Of a stretch of DNA of 27,354 nt, positions 19,470-27,354 are shown piece after piece. The stretch is from Deltaproteobacteria bacterium (GTDB lineage: Bacteria; Desulfobacterota; Binatia; UBA12015). The position numbers were made by a program, and so were the translations under genes. Numbering within the stretch: position 1 is the first letter of the stretch; each line of letters begins with the position of its first letter. The notes under the pieces are model-generated. The model was given only the letters and a program-made list of their open reading frames with translations. It had not been told where the DNA came from and ran no database searches. The stretch spans positions 1 to 27,354 of the forward strand of contig JAYGCM010000050.1 of assembly GCA_046583355.1 (NCBI GenBank), read 5' to 3'.

Positions 19470-20412
19470 GAATTTTGAGGTTGCGGGCGGCGGGGAGGAG
19501 TTCGGTGGTGGCGCGGGTGAGGAATTCGTCGGCGGCCATGAGGGGCGAGAGGATGAAGCCGCGGCTGCCGGCATCGACGAAGCGTTGCATTTGCTGGAGG
19601 CAGTCCTCGGGGCGGCCGAGGAGGCAGTATTTGTGGGCGGCCTCGTCGAAATCGACGTTGTAGATCATCTTGAGGAGGCCGGCGGCGGACTCGTGGCATT
19701 TGTCGTAATCGTCGCCGAGGATCGTGAAGATAAAGGTCGTGGTTTTGAAGGGCGTGTTCTGGCGACCGGCCTTCTCGGCGTGGCCGCGGATGGTTGCGAG
19801 GTTGTCGCGGAACATTTCCGGCGAGCACATATGTGAGACGTAGCCGTCGCCGAGGCGACCGGCGCGGCGGAAGGCGGGCGGCTTGCGGCCACCGATGATG
19901 ATGGGTGGGCCGTTTTCCTGTACCGGCTTGGGCGCCAGCGCGACCGGTCCGAAAGAGAAATGTTTGCCCTCATGGCTGACCTTCTCGCCGGTCCAGAGCT
20001 TGCGGATGATTTCGATGGCCTCGTTGGCGCGCGCGCCGCGTTCTTTTACCGGCACGCCGACGGCTGCGAATTCGGGCGGAAACTCGCCACCGACACCGAC
20101 GCCGAATTGAAAACGGCCATCGGAGACGACATCGAGGGCGGCGGTTGTTTTGGCCGTGATCGTCGGGTGGCGCAGCGGCAGCAGGTAGACGCTGGTGCCG
20201 ATCCGCACGCGCTCGGTCGCCGCGGCGACGAAGGCGAGCAGGGTGATCGATTCGATCAGAGGGACGTGGAAGGAGATATGGTCGCCCGCCCAGATCGAGT
20301 CGAAGCCGGCGGCCTCATAGGCCTGCGCCGCTGCGCGGATCTGCTTCGGATCCTGTTGCGTCAATACCGCGCCAAGATCAATTTCGTTTTCCAGAACGAG
20401 CGTCTCTGCCAT
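19459..20412 (-). CDS. LLM class (luciferase-like) flavin-dependent oxidoreductase
   Basis: EAAGFDSIWAGDH, IGTSVYLLPLRHP, GRFQFGVGVGG, PKPVQ and RRAGRLGDG. The start is uncertain (20412 or 20448). Confidence 0.93.
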   Translation of the reverse strand: MAETLVLENEIDLGAVLTQQDPKQIRAAAQAYEAAGFDSIWAGDHISFHVPLIESITLLAFVAAATERVRIGTSVYLLPLRHPTITAKTTAALDVVSDGRFQFGVGVGGEFPPEFAAVGVPVKERGARANEAIEIIRKLWTGEKVSHEGKHFSFGPVALAPKPVQENGPPIIIGGRKPPAFRRAGRLGDGYVSHMCSPEMFRDNLATIRGHAEKAGRQNTPFKTTTFIFTILGDDYDKCHESAAGLLKMIYNVDFDEAAHKYCLLGRPEDCLQQMQRFVDAGSRGFILSPLMAADEFLTRATTELLPAARNLKIPSP

Positions 20413-20495
20413 AGGGCCATGGGTAGCCGCATGGCGGTTGGAAGTCATCCGCCCGCCGGGTTGCGCGGTTGGCACCGGGCTGGGAGAACTTGGGG

Positions 20496-21527
20496 GTGCC
20501 TGAGAATACGATTGAAGTTGGTCTCGCCCGCTATGTTGAGGCGACCTTGGCGGATGTGTCTGCGGTGGTGGTCGACGAGGTCGATCGCATCCACGGCGGC
20601 GCCTCGCGGGAGACTTTTCGCCTGCGCCTGCGCTACGAGCAGGCGGGGCGCGAGCTGGAACGCCGGCTGATTCTGCGGCGTGATCCGTCGGGTAGTCTGA
20701 TTGATACCGACCGCGGCACGGAGTTCGCGGCCTACCGCGCTGTGTACGGAACCAAGATCCCGGTTCCCGAGGCGCTCTGGCTCGAGGAGGGCGACGCCTG
20801 GTTGGGGGCGCCGTTCTTCGTGATGGAGGAATTGCGCGGCTTCGAGGCCTCGTTTTCTCAATTGACGGTATCGCCCTGGGCCGAGAAGGCCGAGCTGATC
20901 GGTCGATCCAAATGGACCATTCTCGGTGAGTTGGCGTGTCTTGTGCCCGCTGAAATCGGTCTGGATAAGGCCATGCCGGTGCCGGCGCTCGACGAATGCT
21001 GGCAGATCGAGCTTGCGAAATGGGAGACGGTGCTCGATTCCGATGAGCGCACGCCGCAGCCGATCACGCGTGCGGCGATTCGCTGGCTGCGGCGCAACCC
21101 GCCGCCGTCGCCGGCACAGATCGGCGTCGTGCACGGCGACTACCGCAGCGGCAATTTCCTCTTCAACGAAGAGGGCGTGCAGGCCATTCTCGATTGGGAG
21201 ATGGCGCATCTTGGCGACCCGCTCGAAGATCTCGGCTGGAGCTTCTCGCCGCTTTGGCGCGTAGCGAAGGACGAGCGCGTTGGCGGGCTCCTTCTGCGCG
21301 AGGAGGCGATCGCCGTCTGGGAGGCTGCCGCCGGGCGCAAGGCCGATCCTGCGGCATTGCATTGGTGGGAGCTTATGGCGTGCGTGAAAGGCCAGGCGAT
21401 CTGGGTCTCGGCCAACCGGGAATATATCGAGGGCTCGAATCGCGATGCTGTGCTTGCGCTCTCGGCCTGGTCGGCCGCACTCTCGCAGGAACGCGGTACC
21501 GTGGAAGTTATGGAGCGACACCGATGA
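20496..21527 (+). CDS. APH-family phosphotransferase (ACAD10/11 N-terminal / LvaA-like)
   Basis: GGASRET, LILRRDP, APFFVME, VHGDYRSGN, ILDWEMAHLGDPLEDLGW. GGGAG lies upstream of the GTG; the start is approximate. Confidence 0.92.
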   Translation: MPENTIEVGLARYVEATLADVSAVVVDEVDRIHGGASRETFRLRLRYEQAGRELERRLILRRDPSGSLIDTDRGTEFAAYRAVYGTKIPVPEALWLEEGDAWLGAPFFVMEELRGFEASFSQLTVSPWAEKAELIGRSKWTILGELACLVPAEIGLDKAMPVPALDECWQIELAKWETVLDSDERTPQPITRAAIRWLRRNPPPSPAQIGVVHGDYRSGNFLFNEEGVQAILDWEMAHLGDPLEDLGWSFSPLWRVAKDERVGGLLLREEAIAVWEAAAGRKADPAALHWWELMACVKGQAIWVSANREYIEGSNRDAVLALSAWSAALSQERGTVEVMERHR

Positions 21528-21967
21528 GCGTAGATCCGATGAAGCTGGTGCAGACGATGGCCGGAAGTTTCGTGCTCGGGCAGGCGCTGCCCGTATCTGA
21601 GACCTACGCCGAGCGGACGTCGATGCTCTTCGGCGTTCTGCTGGTGATGTTCGCCGAAGATATGGACAAAATCGTCGAGCGGCTGAGCGAGGAGAACGAG
21701 GCGATCCGCGCGATCTTCCGTGACGCGCCGGAGACGATCCACGACCGTGAACTTATTGCTCGACTGGGAACGGCCGCCGCGACCGGCGGGTCGCTGCGTG
21801 TCTCGGTCTTGCAGGCCGCGAATGATCGATTGCGCGCGGCCTTCATCGAGTTGCACGCCGCGATCGAAGAGGAAAAAGGCGCGCCCGCGGTCGCGCTCGA
21901 GGCGCGCATTTTTGCCGAGCTCAAGGCCTCGGCCGAGCGCCGCTGCTTGCTCGCGCAGCCGCTTTAG
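21524..21967 (+). CDS. Hypothetical helical protein translationally coupled to the phosphotransferase
   Basis: ATGA overlap with the phosphotransferase stop; 147 aa; GC-rich third codon positions; amphipathic helical composition. Confidence 0.75.
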   Translation: MSVDPMKLVQTMAGSFVLGQALPVSETYAERTSMLFGVLLVMFAEDMDKIVERLSEENEAIRAIFRDAPETIHDRELIARLGTAAATGGSLRVSVLQAANDRLRAAFIELHAAIEEEKGAPAVALEARIFAELKASAERRCLLAQPL

Positions 21968-22102
21968 AGCGCTTTGCCCCGTGGAGGAGGGGCAATGAAA
22001 ACCTCAGTAAATGCTCGCTTCTTTCGGGCCCGGGTGAAAGTACGCATCTTTTTTCCGGTTCTACTGGCGCAAGGGTATGCAGACCGGATATGAGAGATCC
22101 TC

Positions 22103-23149
22103 ATGAGCAACGAAGCGACCACCGATACCTTTGAAGCCGCCATGTCTGTGGCGTGGCAATTTGACTACGAGATTGAGCTTGAGAGCCTCAAGACGCTCTA
22201 CGGCAAGGCCAAGGACGCGCAATGGGACGGCGAGAAGGACCTGGATTGGGCCCAGCCGATCGACCCCAGTCGGCCGTTGCTCGACGAGACGCAATTCGCT
22301 TTCAGCGGTTTGCCGATGGTGCAGAAGATGTCGCAATCCCAGCGCGAGCATTTCACCGCGCATGCGACCGCGCAGTTGCTTTCGCAATTTCTCCATGGTG
22401 AGCAGGGCGCCTTGATGACGGCCGCGACGCTGACGCATGCGGTGCCGCATTATGAGGCCAAGCTCTACGCGGCCTCGCAGACCATGGACGAAGCGCGCCA
22501 TGTCGAGGTCTATGAGAAGTACATCCGCAAGCTCGCGATTGTCTACCCGATCGCGCCCTGGCTCAAAGAAATCATCGACACCACCCTGCAGGCCGATAGC
22601 TGGGTCAAGGTTGCGATTGGTATGAATATGGTGGTGGAGGGCCTGGCGCTCGCGGCTTTCCATAATATGCGCAAAGCCACCAGCTGTAAGCTGCTCAAGG
22701 CGCTCACCGAAGGCGTGCTGCGCGACGAGGCGCGCCATGTTGCCTTCGGCAGCATTTACGTCCGCGACGCCATCGATCATATGCATCCGGACGAACGCGA
22801 GGATACCGCGCAATTTGCCTTCGAGGCGGTCAAGGTGATGGCCGATGCCAACGGCGGTATGCAGGGCGAGAAGCCGCCTGCGCCGAACCCGAGCTTCTTT
22901 GCGATGCTCGACGAATGCAGCATCGACCCGGCGGAGTTCTTCGCCGAGGCGGTCGAGGCGGGCCTGGCTGGAGTCAACTCCAAACTCCCGCCGGGGCAGA
23001 TTCATTCCTTCCGCCACCTCATGATGCCCGCGCTGGTGCGCGTCGGTGCGGTCACCGACCGAACCCGTGAACTCTTCGCCGCCGAGAATATCCCGGTCTG
23101 GGACGATCTGGCGATGCTCGAATCCTTCGAGGCCGCCGAGGCGACTTAG
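22103..23149 (+). CDS. Ferritin-like di-iron carboxylate protein (AurF/PaaA-like fold)
   Basis: SQFLHGEQGAL, two DEARH motifs and VVEGLAL give the E...ExxH...E...ExxH di-iron ligand pattern. Confidence 0.88.
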   Translation: MSNEATTDTFEAAMSVAWQFDYEIELESLKTLYGKAKDAQWDGEKDLDWAQPIDPSRPLLDETQFAFSGLPMVQKMSQSQREHFTAHATAQLLSQFLHGEQGALMTAATLTHAVPHYEAKLYAASQTMDEARHVEVYEKYIRKLAIVYPIAPWLKEIIDTTLQADSWVKVAIGMNMVVEGLALAAFHNMRKATSCKLLKALTEGVLRDEARHVAFGSIYVRDAIDHMHPDEREDTAQFAFEAVKVMADANGGMQGEKPPAPNPSFFAMLDECSIDPAEFFAEAVEAGLAGVNSKLPPGQIHSFRHLMMPALVRVGAVTDRTRELFAAENIPVWDDLAMLESFEAAEAT

Positions 23150-23153
23150 CCTA

Positions 23154-23193
23154 CGGGGCCTGAGGGAGGATGCTTCTTCCCTGACGCGCCCCG
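23154..23193. terminator. Putative hairpin between convergent genes
   Basis: CGGGGC...GCCCCG outer stem and AGGGAGGA-TGCT-TCTTCCCT inner stem. There is no clear U-tract. Confidence 0.3.
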
Positions 23194-23215
23194 ATCTCCT
23201 GGCCTTCTTCTCGGT

Positions 23216-24379
23216 TCAGTCTTTGGGCAGGCCCAGAATCCGTTCGCTGATGATATTCTTCTGGATATTCGGCGTGCCGCCACCGATCACGACCTCGGGC
23301 CAGTTGAGGGCTCGGAAGGGCCATTTGCCGCCGTCGGGCGCGGCCTCGGATGCGGGGAAATAGCCGCTCGCGCCACCGAGCAGGTCGAGGGCGAAGTCGC
23401 CCATCTCGATTTCGAGGTTGGCCCGATGGAGTTTATTCACCGAGGTCTCGCTGGAGAGTTTTTCGCCCTTCAATTGTTTCGTGAGGTAACGCAGGCCGTT
23501 GAGTCGCATGGCCTCGATGCGGGCCTCGAAGCGTGCGAGCCCTCGCCGTATGCCGGAGTCTTCCAGGGCCGGGCGGCCGCCGTGGCGGCTGCGCTTTGCC
23601 AACGATTTGAGTTCGCCGAGTTTGCGAATCATTTGCGTGACCTCGGCGATCCCCGAGCGCTCGTTGGCGAGTGCCGAAATCGTGACCCTCCAGCCTTGGC
23701 CTTCTTCGCCGAGTCGGTTGGTCACGGGCACGCGGACATCGTTGAAGAAGACCTCGGAGAACATCGAATAGCCGGCCATATTCTGGATGGCCCGAACCTC
23801 GACGCCCGGGCTATCCATCGGCACAAGCAGGCAGGTGATGCCGTCGTGCTTGACGCGCGAGTCCGGGTCGGTGCGCACCAGAAGGATCATCCATTTGGAC
23901 CAGGCGGCGCCGCTGGTCCAGATTTTCTGACCATTGACGACGTATTCATCGCCGTCGCGCACGCCACGGCATTGCAGGGAGGCGAGGTCCGAGCCGACAT
24001 TGGGCTCGGAATAGCCCGTACACCATTGGTATTTCGAGTCGAGAATATCGGGGATGAAGCGCTTCTTCTGCTCATCGGTGCCGTATTGAATGATGCCGGG
24101 GCCGACCCAAGCCAATCCCATGAAGCAAGAGCCGAGCATAGGTGCGCGGCGTGCCGACATCTCTTCTTTCAGGATGACCTGTTTGGCGATGGTCCCGCCG
24201 CCGCCGCCGACTTCCTTGGGCCAAGTATAGCCCACCCAGCCCTTGGCGCGGACCTTGCGGTCCCACTCGGCTATAAAGGCCGGGTCGCTTTTCTTCGCAT
24301 CTGTCGGGAGGTTCTCGTCGAGAAACGCTTGTACTTCGGTGCGGAAGGCTTCTTCTTCTTCGCTGAATTTGAAATCCAT
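23216..24379 (-). CDS. Acyl-CoA dehydrogenase (catalytic subunit of a probable heteromeric pair)
   Basis: GYSEPNVGSDLASL, VNGQKIWTS, LANER (Glu) and IGGGTPNIQKNIISERILGLPK. The ATG overlaps the upstream TGA (TGATG). Confidence 0.94.
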   Translation of the reverse strand: MDFKFSEEEEAFRTEVQAFLDENLPTDAKKSDPAFIAEWDRKVRAKGWVGYTWPKEVGGGGGTIAKQVILKEEMSARRAPMLGSCFMGLAWVGPGIIQYGTDEQKKRFIPDILDSKYQWCTGYSEPNVGSDLASLQCRGVRDGDEYVVNGQKIWTSGAAWSKWMILLVRTDPDSRVKHDGITCLLVPMDSPGVEVRAIQNMAGYSMFSEVFFNDVRVPVTNRLGEEGQGWRVTISALANERSGIAEVTQMIRKLGELKSLAKRSRHGGRPALEDSGIRRGLARFEARIEAMRLNGLRYLTKQLKGEKLSSETSVNKLHRANLEIEMGDFALDLLGGASGYFPASEAAPDGGKWPFRALNWPEVVIGGGTPNIQKNIISERILGLPKD

Positions 24380-25497
24380 CAGATTCCTCCAAGCGTGGCG
24401 GCGCGGTCGTAATGCCAATCGGCGTCACCGAAGGCGGGGCGAACCCATTTGGCGCGTTTCAGAAAGAGCTGCGCATCGTATTCTTCCGTGTAGCCGATGG
24501 CGCCATGCAGCTGCACCGAATCGATGCCGATGCGCGCCATCGCGTCGCTGACATATGCCTTGGCGAGCGAGGCTTGCCGTGGCAATTCCTCCGGACTCTG
24601 GTCGATCGTCCAGGCGGCAAAGTAGGTCAGCGAACGGAAGGATTCGATATCGACGAAGATTTCGGCCAGGGGATGCTTGACGCCCTGGTAGCGCCCGATC
24701 GGCGAGCCGAATTGCAGGCGGGTCTTGGCGTATTCCACCAGCAGGGCCAAGGCGCTCTCGGCGGCACCGATGGTTTCGGCGCAGACGCCGACGGCACCGC
24801 GGTCCAGAGCGCGTGCGAGGGCGGTGTCGCTTGCCCCGGCGCTGAGTAGATCAGCCGCGCTGATTTCGACATTATCGAGCACGAGCCGGCCGAGACGTTT
24901 GCTCGGGTCGATTGTCGGGTAGCTTTTGGCCGTGACGCCCGTCGCCCCTTTCTCCACCACGGCCAGGCGCAAGGCACCGTCCGGGCTACGAAAGGCGATG
25001 GTGAAGAGGTCGGCAAGGCCGGCGTCCATGACCAGATCGCGCGTGCCGCTCAGGCGAAAGCCTTCTCCAGCCACTTCGGCCACCAGCGTGACACTGGCGG
25101 CGTGCGGGGCATCGGCCTCGTCGAGCAGGGCCAAGGTCGCGATGCGCGAGCCATCGGCGATGCCGGGCAGGAATCGGGCATGCGCCGCGGTGTCGCCAGC
25201 TTCGAGGATCAGCGATGTGGCGAGCGCGGTGGAGAGCAGCGGCGAGGGGGCCAGCGTGCGCCCGGTCTCTTCGAGTAGAACCGCCATCTCCAGCCAACTC
25301 AGCCCGAGTCCGCCATGCTCTTCGGGAACCAGGATGGCGGTCCAGCCCAGGCCGGCGATTTCGCTCCAAAATTCCGGCGAGAAAGCATCCTCGGTTTGGG
25401 CGAATTGGCGCGCTTGGGTGATCGGGCAGCGGTCGTCGAGAAAGCGGCGTGCGCTCGCACGGAGCTGTTCCTGTTCTTCGGTAAAGCCGAAATTCAT
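24379..25497 (-). CDS. Acyl-CoA dehydrogenase (partner subunit of a probable heteromeric pair)
   Basis: MNFGFTEEQEQLR, RLQFGSPIGRYQGVKH, QLHGAIGYTEEYD and FGDADWH. AAAGGAG RBS on the minus strand. Confidence 0.93.
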   Translation of the reverse strand: MNFGFTEEQEQLRASARRFLDDRCPITQARQFAQTEDAFSPEFWSEIAGLGWTAILVPEEHGGLGLSWLEMAVLLEETGRTLAPSPLLSTALATSLILEAGDTAAHARFLPGIADGSRIATLALLDEADAPHAASVTLVAEVAGEGFRLSGTRDLVMDAGLADLFTIAFRSPDGALRLAVVEKGATGVTAKSYPTIDPSKRLGRLVLDNVEISAADLLSAGASDTALARALDRGAVGVCAETIGAAESALALLVEYAKTRLQFGSPIGRYQGVKHPLAEIFVDIESFRSLTYFAAWTIDQSPEELPRQASLAKAYVSDAMARIGIDSVQLHGAIGYTEEYDAQLFLKRAKWVRPAFGDADWHYDRAATLGGI

Positions 25498-25751
25498 CGG
25501 GGTAGGACTCCTTTCATCCTGCCCGGAATCCTAGGATTCTTGCATTGGGAGTGCAACTTCTTTGCGTTGCAAAACGGTCAGTGGTGCGATTTTGCCGGTG
25601 GCCGCAGTCCCGGCGCGTTCGAATCAGCACCTGCATTCTCGGATGCCTTACCCTCCGCCCGGTTCCGGGGTGGCACTACATTTGCTAGTCTTTGGGGGTG
25701 GCGGTAGCCGTGAGGCGATTGCCGCGAAAGGAATCGTTTCAGCGATCGAAT

Positions 25752-26345
25752 ATGAATCCGGTGCAAATGGGGAAGCTCCTGCGAGGCGGGGGCAGGGCGT
25801 TTGTTCTAACGGCGCTTCTGGGCACGGGTTGCTCGGTGCCCTTGTTGCCGCGTGAGTCACGCGTGCAGGAATCCCCGTGGAGTTGTTTTGCTGAGGCGAA
25901 GGCAGCCTACGATAATGTCGAGATCGACGTCACGACAGAATCGCAATTGAAGGAGCTCGGCATCGATCCCTTCGTTACCCCGAATGTCGAAATTCTGACC
26001 TACCTTGATATTCAGGAGCGTTTTTTGCCGAATGCGGCGGTGAAGTTTGCCGACCTCGATATGGGTGTGCAGCGCTGCATCGCCGCTCGCGAGCTTTGCC
26101 TCGGCTACCGCGTCGCCCCAGGAAGCCGCCAGGAGCAGCGCCACGGCAACGTGATTCTCGATCTCCTGCAATTCCACCAGCAGACCTCGATTGAAGGCTG
26201 GCGGTTCGAGGGTTTGATTATAATGGTTGATGGAGTGGTGACCTACAAGCTTTGGGACGGCCAGCCCTTGATCAAGGAAGAACGCGACTATCTCGACCCG
26301 CTGGGGCCCTTCCGCGATGTTCTGCGCCTGCTGAAATTAGTCTAG
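25752..26345 (+). CDS. Hypothetical lipoprotein
   Basis: Basic N-region, a hydrophobic stretch and lipobox-like LLGTGC. The start is 25752 or 25767. Confidence 0.7.
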   Translation: MNPVQMGKLLRGGGRAFVLTALLGTGCSVPLLPRESRVQESPWSCFAEAKAAYDNVEIDVTTESQLKELGIDPFVTPNVEILTYLDIQERFLPNAAVKFADLDMGVQRCIAARELCLGYRVAPGSRQEQRHGNVILDLLQFHQQTSIEGWRFEGLIIMVDGVVTYKLWDGQPLIKEERDYLDPLGPFRDVLRLLKLV

Positions 26346-26385
26346 ATTTGCGGCCGAAAAGCAGGGCTTGGCGCAGAGGGCATCC

Positions 26386-26835
26386 CTAGAGATCGAAGAG
26401 CAGGTGGTGGCTCAGGTCGCCCACCAGGTCTACGAACATGATGCGCGTGTCGAACGCCCAGGCGCCCTCGGGGCGGTGGAAGGTGTCGTGGTAATGGCCC
26501 CCGATGATCGGCTGCAGCGCCAATTTCTCGGTTTGCTGAAAGACCATATACGATGTGCGCGCGGTGGCATGCGCCTCGTCGTCATCGACCTCGATGATCG
26601 CGTTGGAGATTAGATGGCGAGTTCGTGGCGTACCATCCTCATAGAGGCGCGCGGCACTACGGTACATCGCCAGAACACCCTCGCGACCCACGGCAGCGTC
26701 TTCGCGCTTCGCCTCGGGGGAGGCCTCAATCCGGCCATGCGCGAAGAGATCGGCCACCCCTATGAAATCACCCGCGTCCATTCGCTCGGCATAGACGTAG
26801 AGAAGGTTTTCGATCAGACGCGCAGAATCAGCCAT
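26386..26835 (-). CDS. NTF2-like / SnoaL-like domain protein
   Basis: IENLLYVYAERMDAGD, TRHLISN, GHYHDTF and W.F..R pattern; 149 aa. Confidence 0.88.
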   Translation of the reverse strand: MADSARLIENLLYVYAERMDAGDFIGVADLFAHGRIEASPEAKREDAAVGREGVLAMYRSAARLYEDGTPRTRHLISNAIIEVDDDEAHATARTSYMVFQQTEKLALQPIIGGHYHDTFHRPEGAWAFDTRIMFVDLVGDLSHHLLFDL

Positions 26836-26951
26836 TTCGACCAGATGCCGATTGTGGTGGTCAATGGCAAGCAAAGCGGCGTGGTGGAGACGCTGGCTGC
26901 CGATTGCTAGATCCGCCGAATGCGCCCTGAATGGCGCAGGAAGGCGGAATT

Positions 26952-27354
26952 ATGACTCGAGCGTATGCAATCACGGCCGACGCAGTGGCGGCGGAAAAAG
27001 AACGGACCGGAGGCAACTTCGATGAGGTCGACCTCGCGGCCATCGTGAAGTTGGATGAAGTGGAATTGCCGGCAACCGGTGTGCGCGACGTGCGGCTGAA
27101 GATCCTTGCGGTATCGGCCGAGCATAATATCGCGCACGCCGCGCTGGCCGATACGGTCGACATCACGGCCGTGCGCGGTGGCAAGATCTACCCCGGCAAC
27201 TCGGCCTTGGGCGAGGTCACGGAAGTCGGCTCGGGCGTCACCAAATTCAAGGTCGGCGATATCGTCGTCACACATTGTAATGGTGGACCGGATGCCTACG
27301 GCTACCCGATGCGGATCTGGGCCTATGACGCGGCCGATTCGGTTGGCTGGTACG
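26952..27354 (+). CDS. 3'-truncated medium-chain dehydrogenase/reductase, crotonyl-CoA carboxylase/reductase-like
   Basis: Not in the ORF track because there is no stop in the window. Manual translation: MTRAYAITADAV...DVRLKILAVSAEHNIAHAALAD...YPGNSALGEVTEVGSGVTKFKVGDIVVTHCNG...RIWAYD. This is the GroES-like MDR signature. Confidence 0.8.
   Translation, partial: MTRAYAITADAVAAEKERTGGNFDEVDLAAIVKLDEVELPATGVRDVRLKILAVSAEHNIAHAALADTVDITAVRGGKIYPGNSALGEVTEVGSGVTKFKVGDIVVTHCNGGPDAYGYPMRIWAYDAADSVGWY

Noticed and set aside
20445..24412. Long opposite-strand ORFs (20445-21521, 22061-23017, 23426-24412)
   Set aside because: Each mirrors a confidently identified gene on the other strand.
26907..27275. 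122-aa minus-strand ORF at the window end
   Set aside because: It is the antisense shadow of the plus-strand MDR gene starting at 26952.

Overview
High-GC bacterial chromosomal window, densely coding and dominated by lipid, steroid and acyl-CoA catabolic genes. The source organism cannot be assigned from the sequence alone. It carries a sterol desaturase/fatty acid hydroxylase, three alpha/beta hydrolases, an aldehyde dehydrogenase, two paralogous TetR regulators and two tandem acyl-CoA dehydrogenase pairs (one FadE26/FadE27-like, followed by an acyl-CoA synthetase). Also present are a luciferase-like monooxygenase, an LvaA/ACAD10-type phosphotransferase with a small coupled partner, a ferritin-like di-iron protein, a cytochrome P450, an orphan xylose isomerase, a stand-alone RlmL-type methyltransferase and a partial CCR-like MDR reductase. 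I saw no rRNA, tRNA, CRISPR array or transposase. The most unusual element is a multicopper-oxidase-fold lipoprotein (5367-7082) that keeps all type-1 and both type-2 copper ligands but has lost all six type-3 histidines and gained many cysteines. Other notable items are a tandem palindromic operator between xylA and the P450 and a REP-like palindrome that supplies a stop codon. All family calls come from motif recognition, not database searches.
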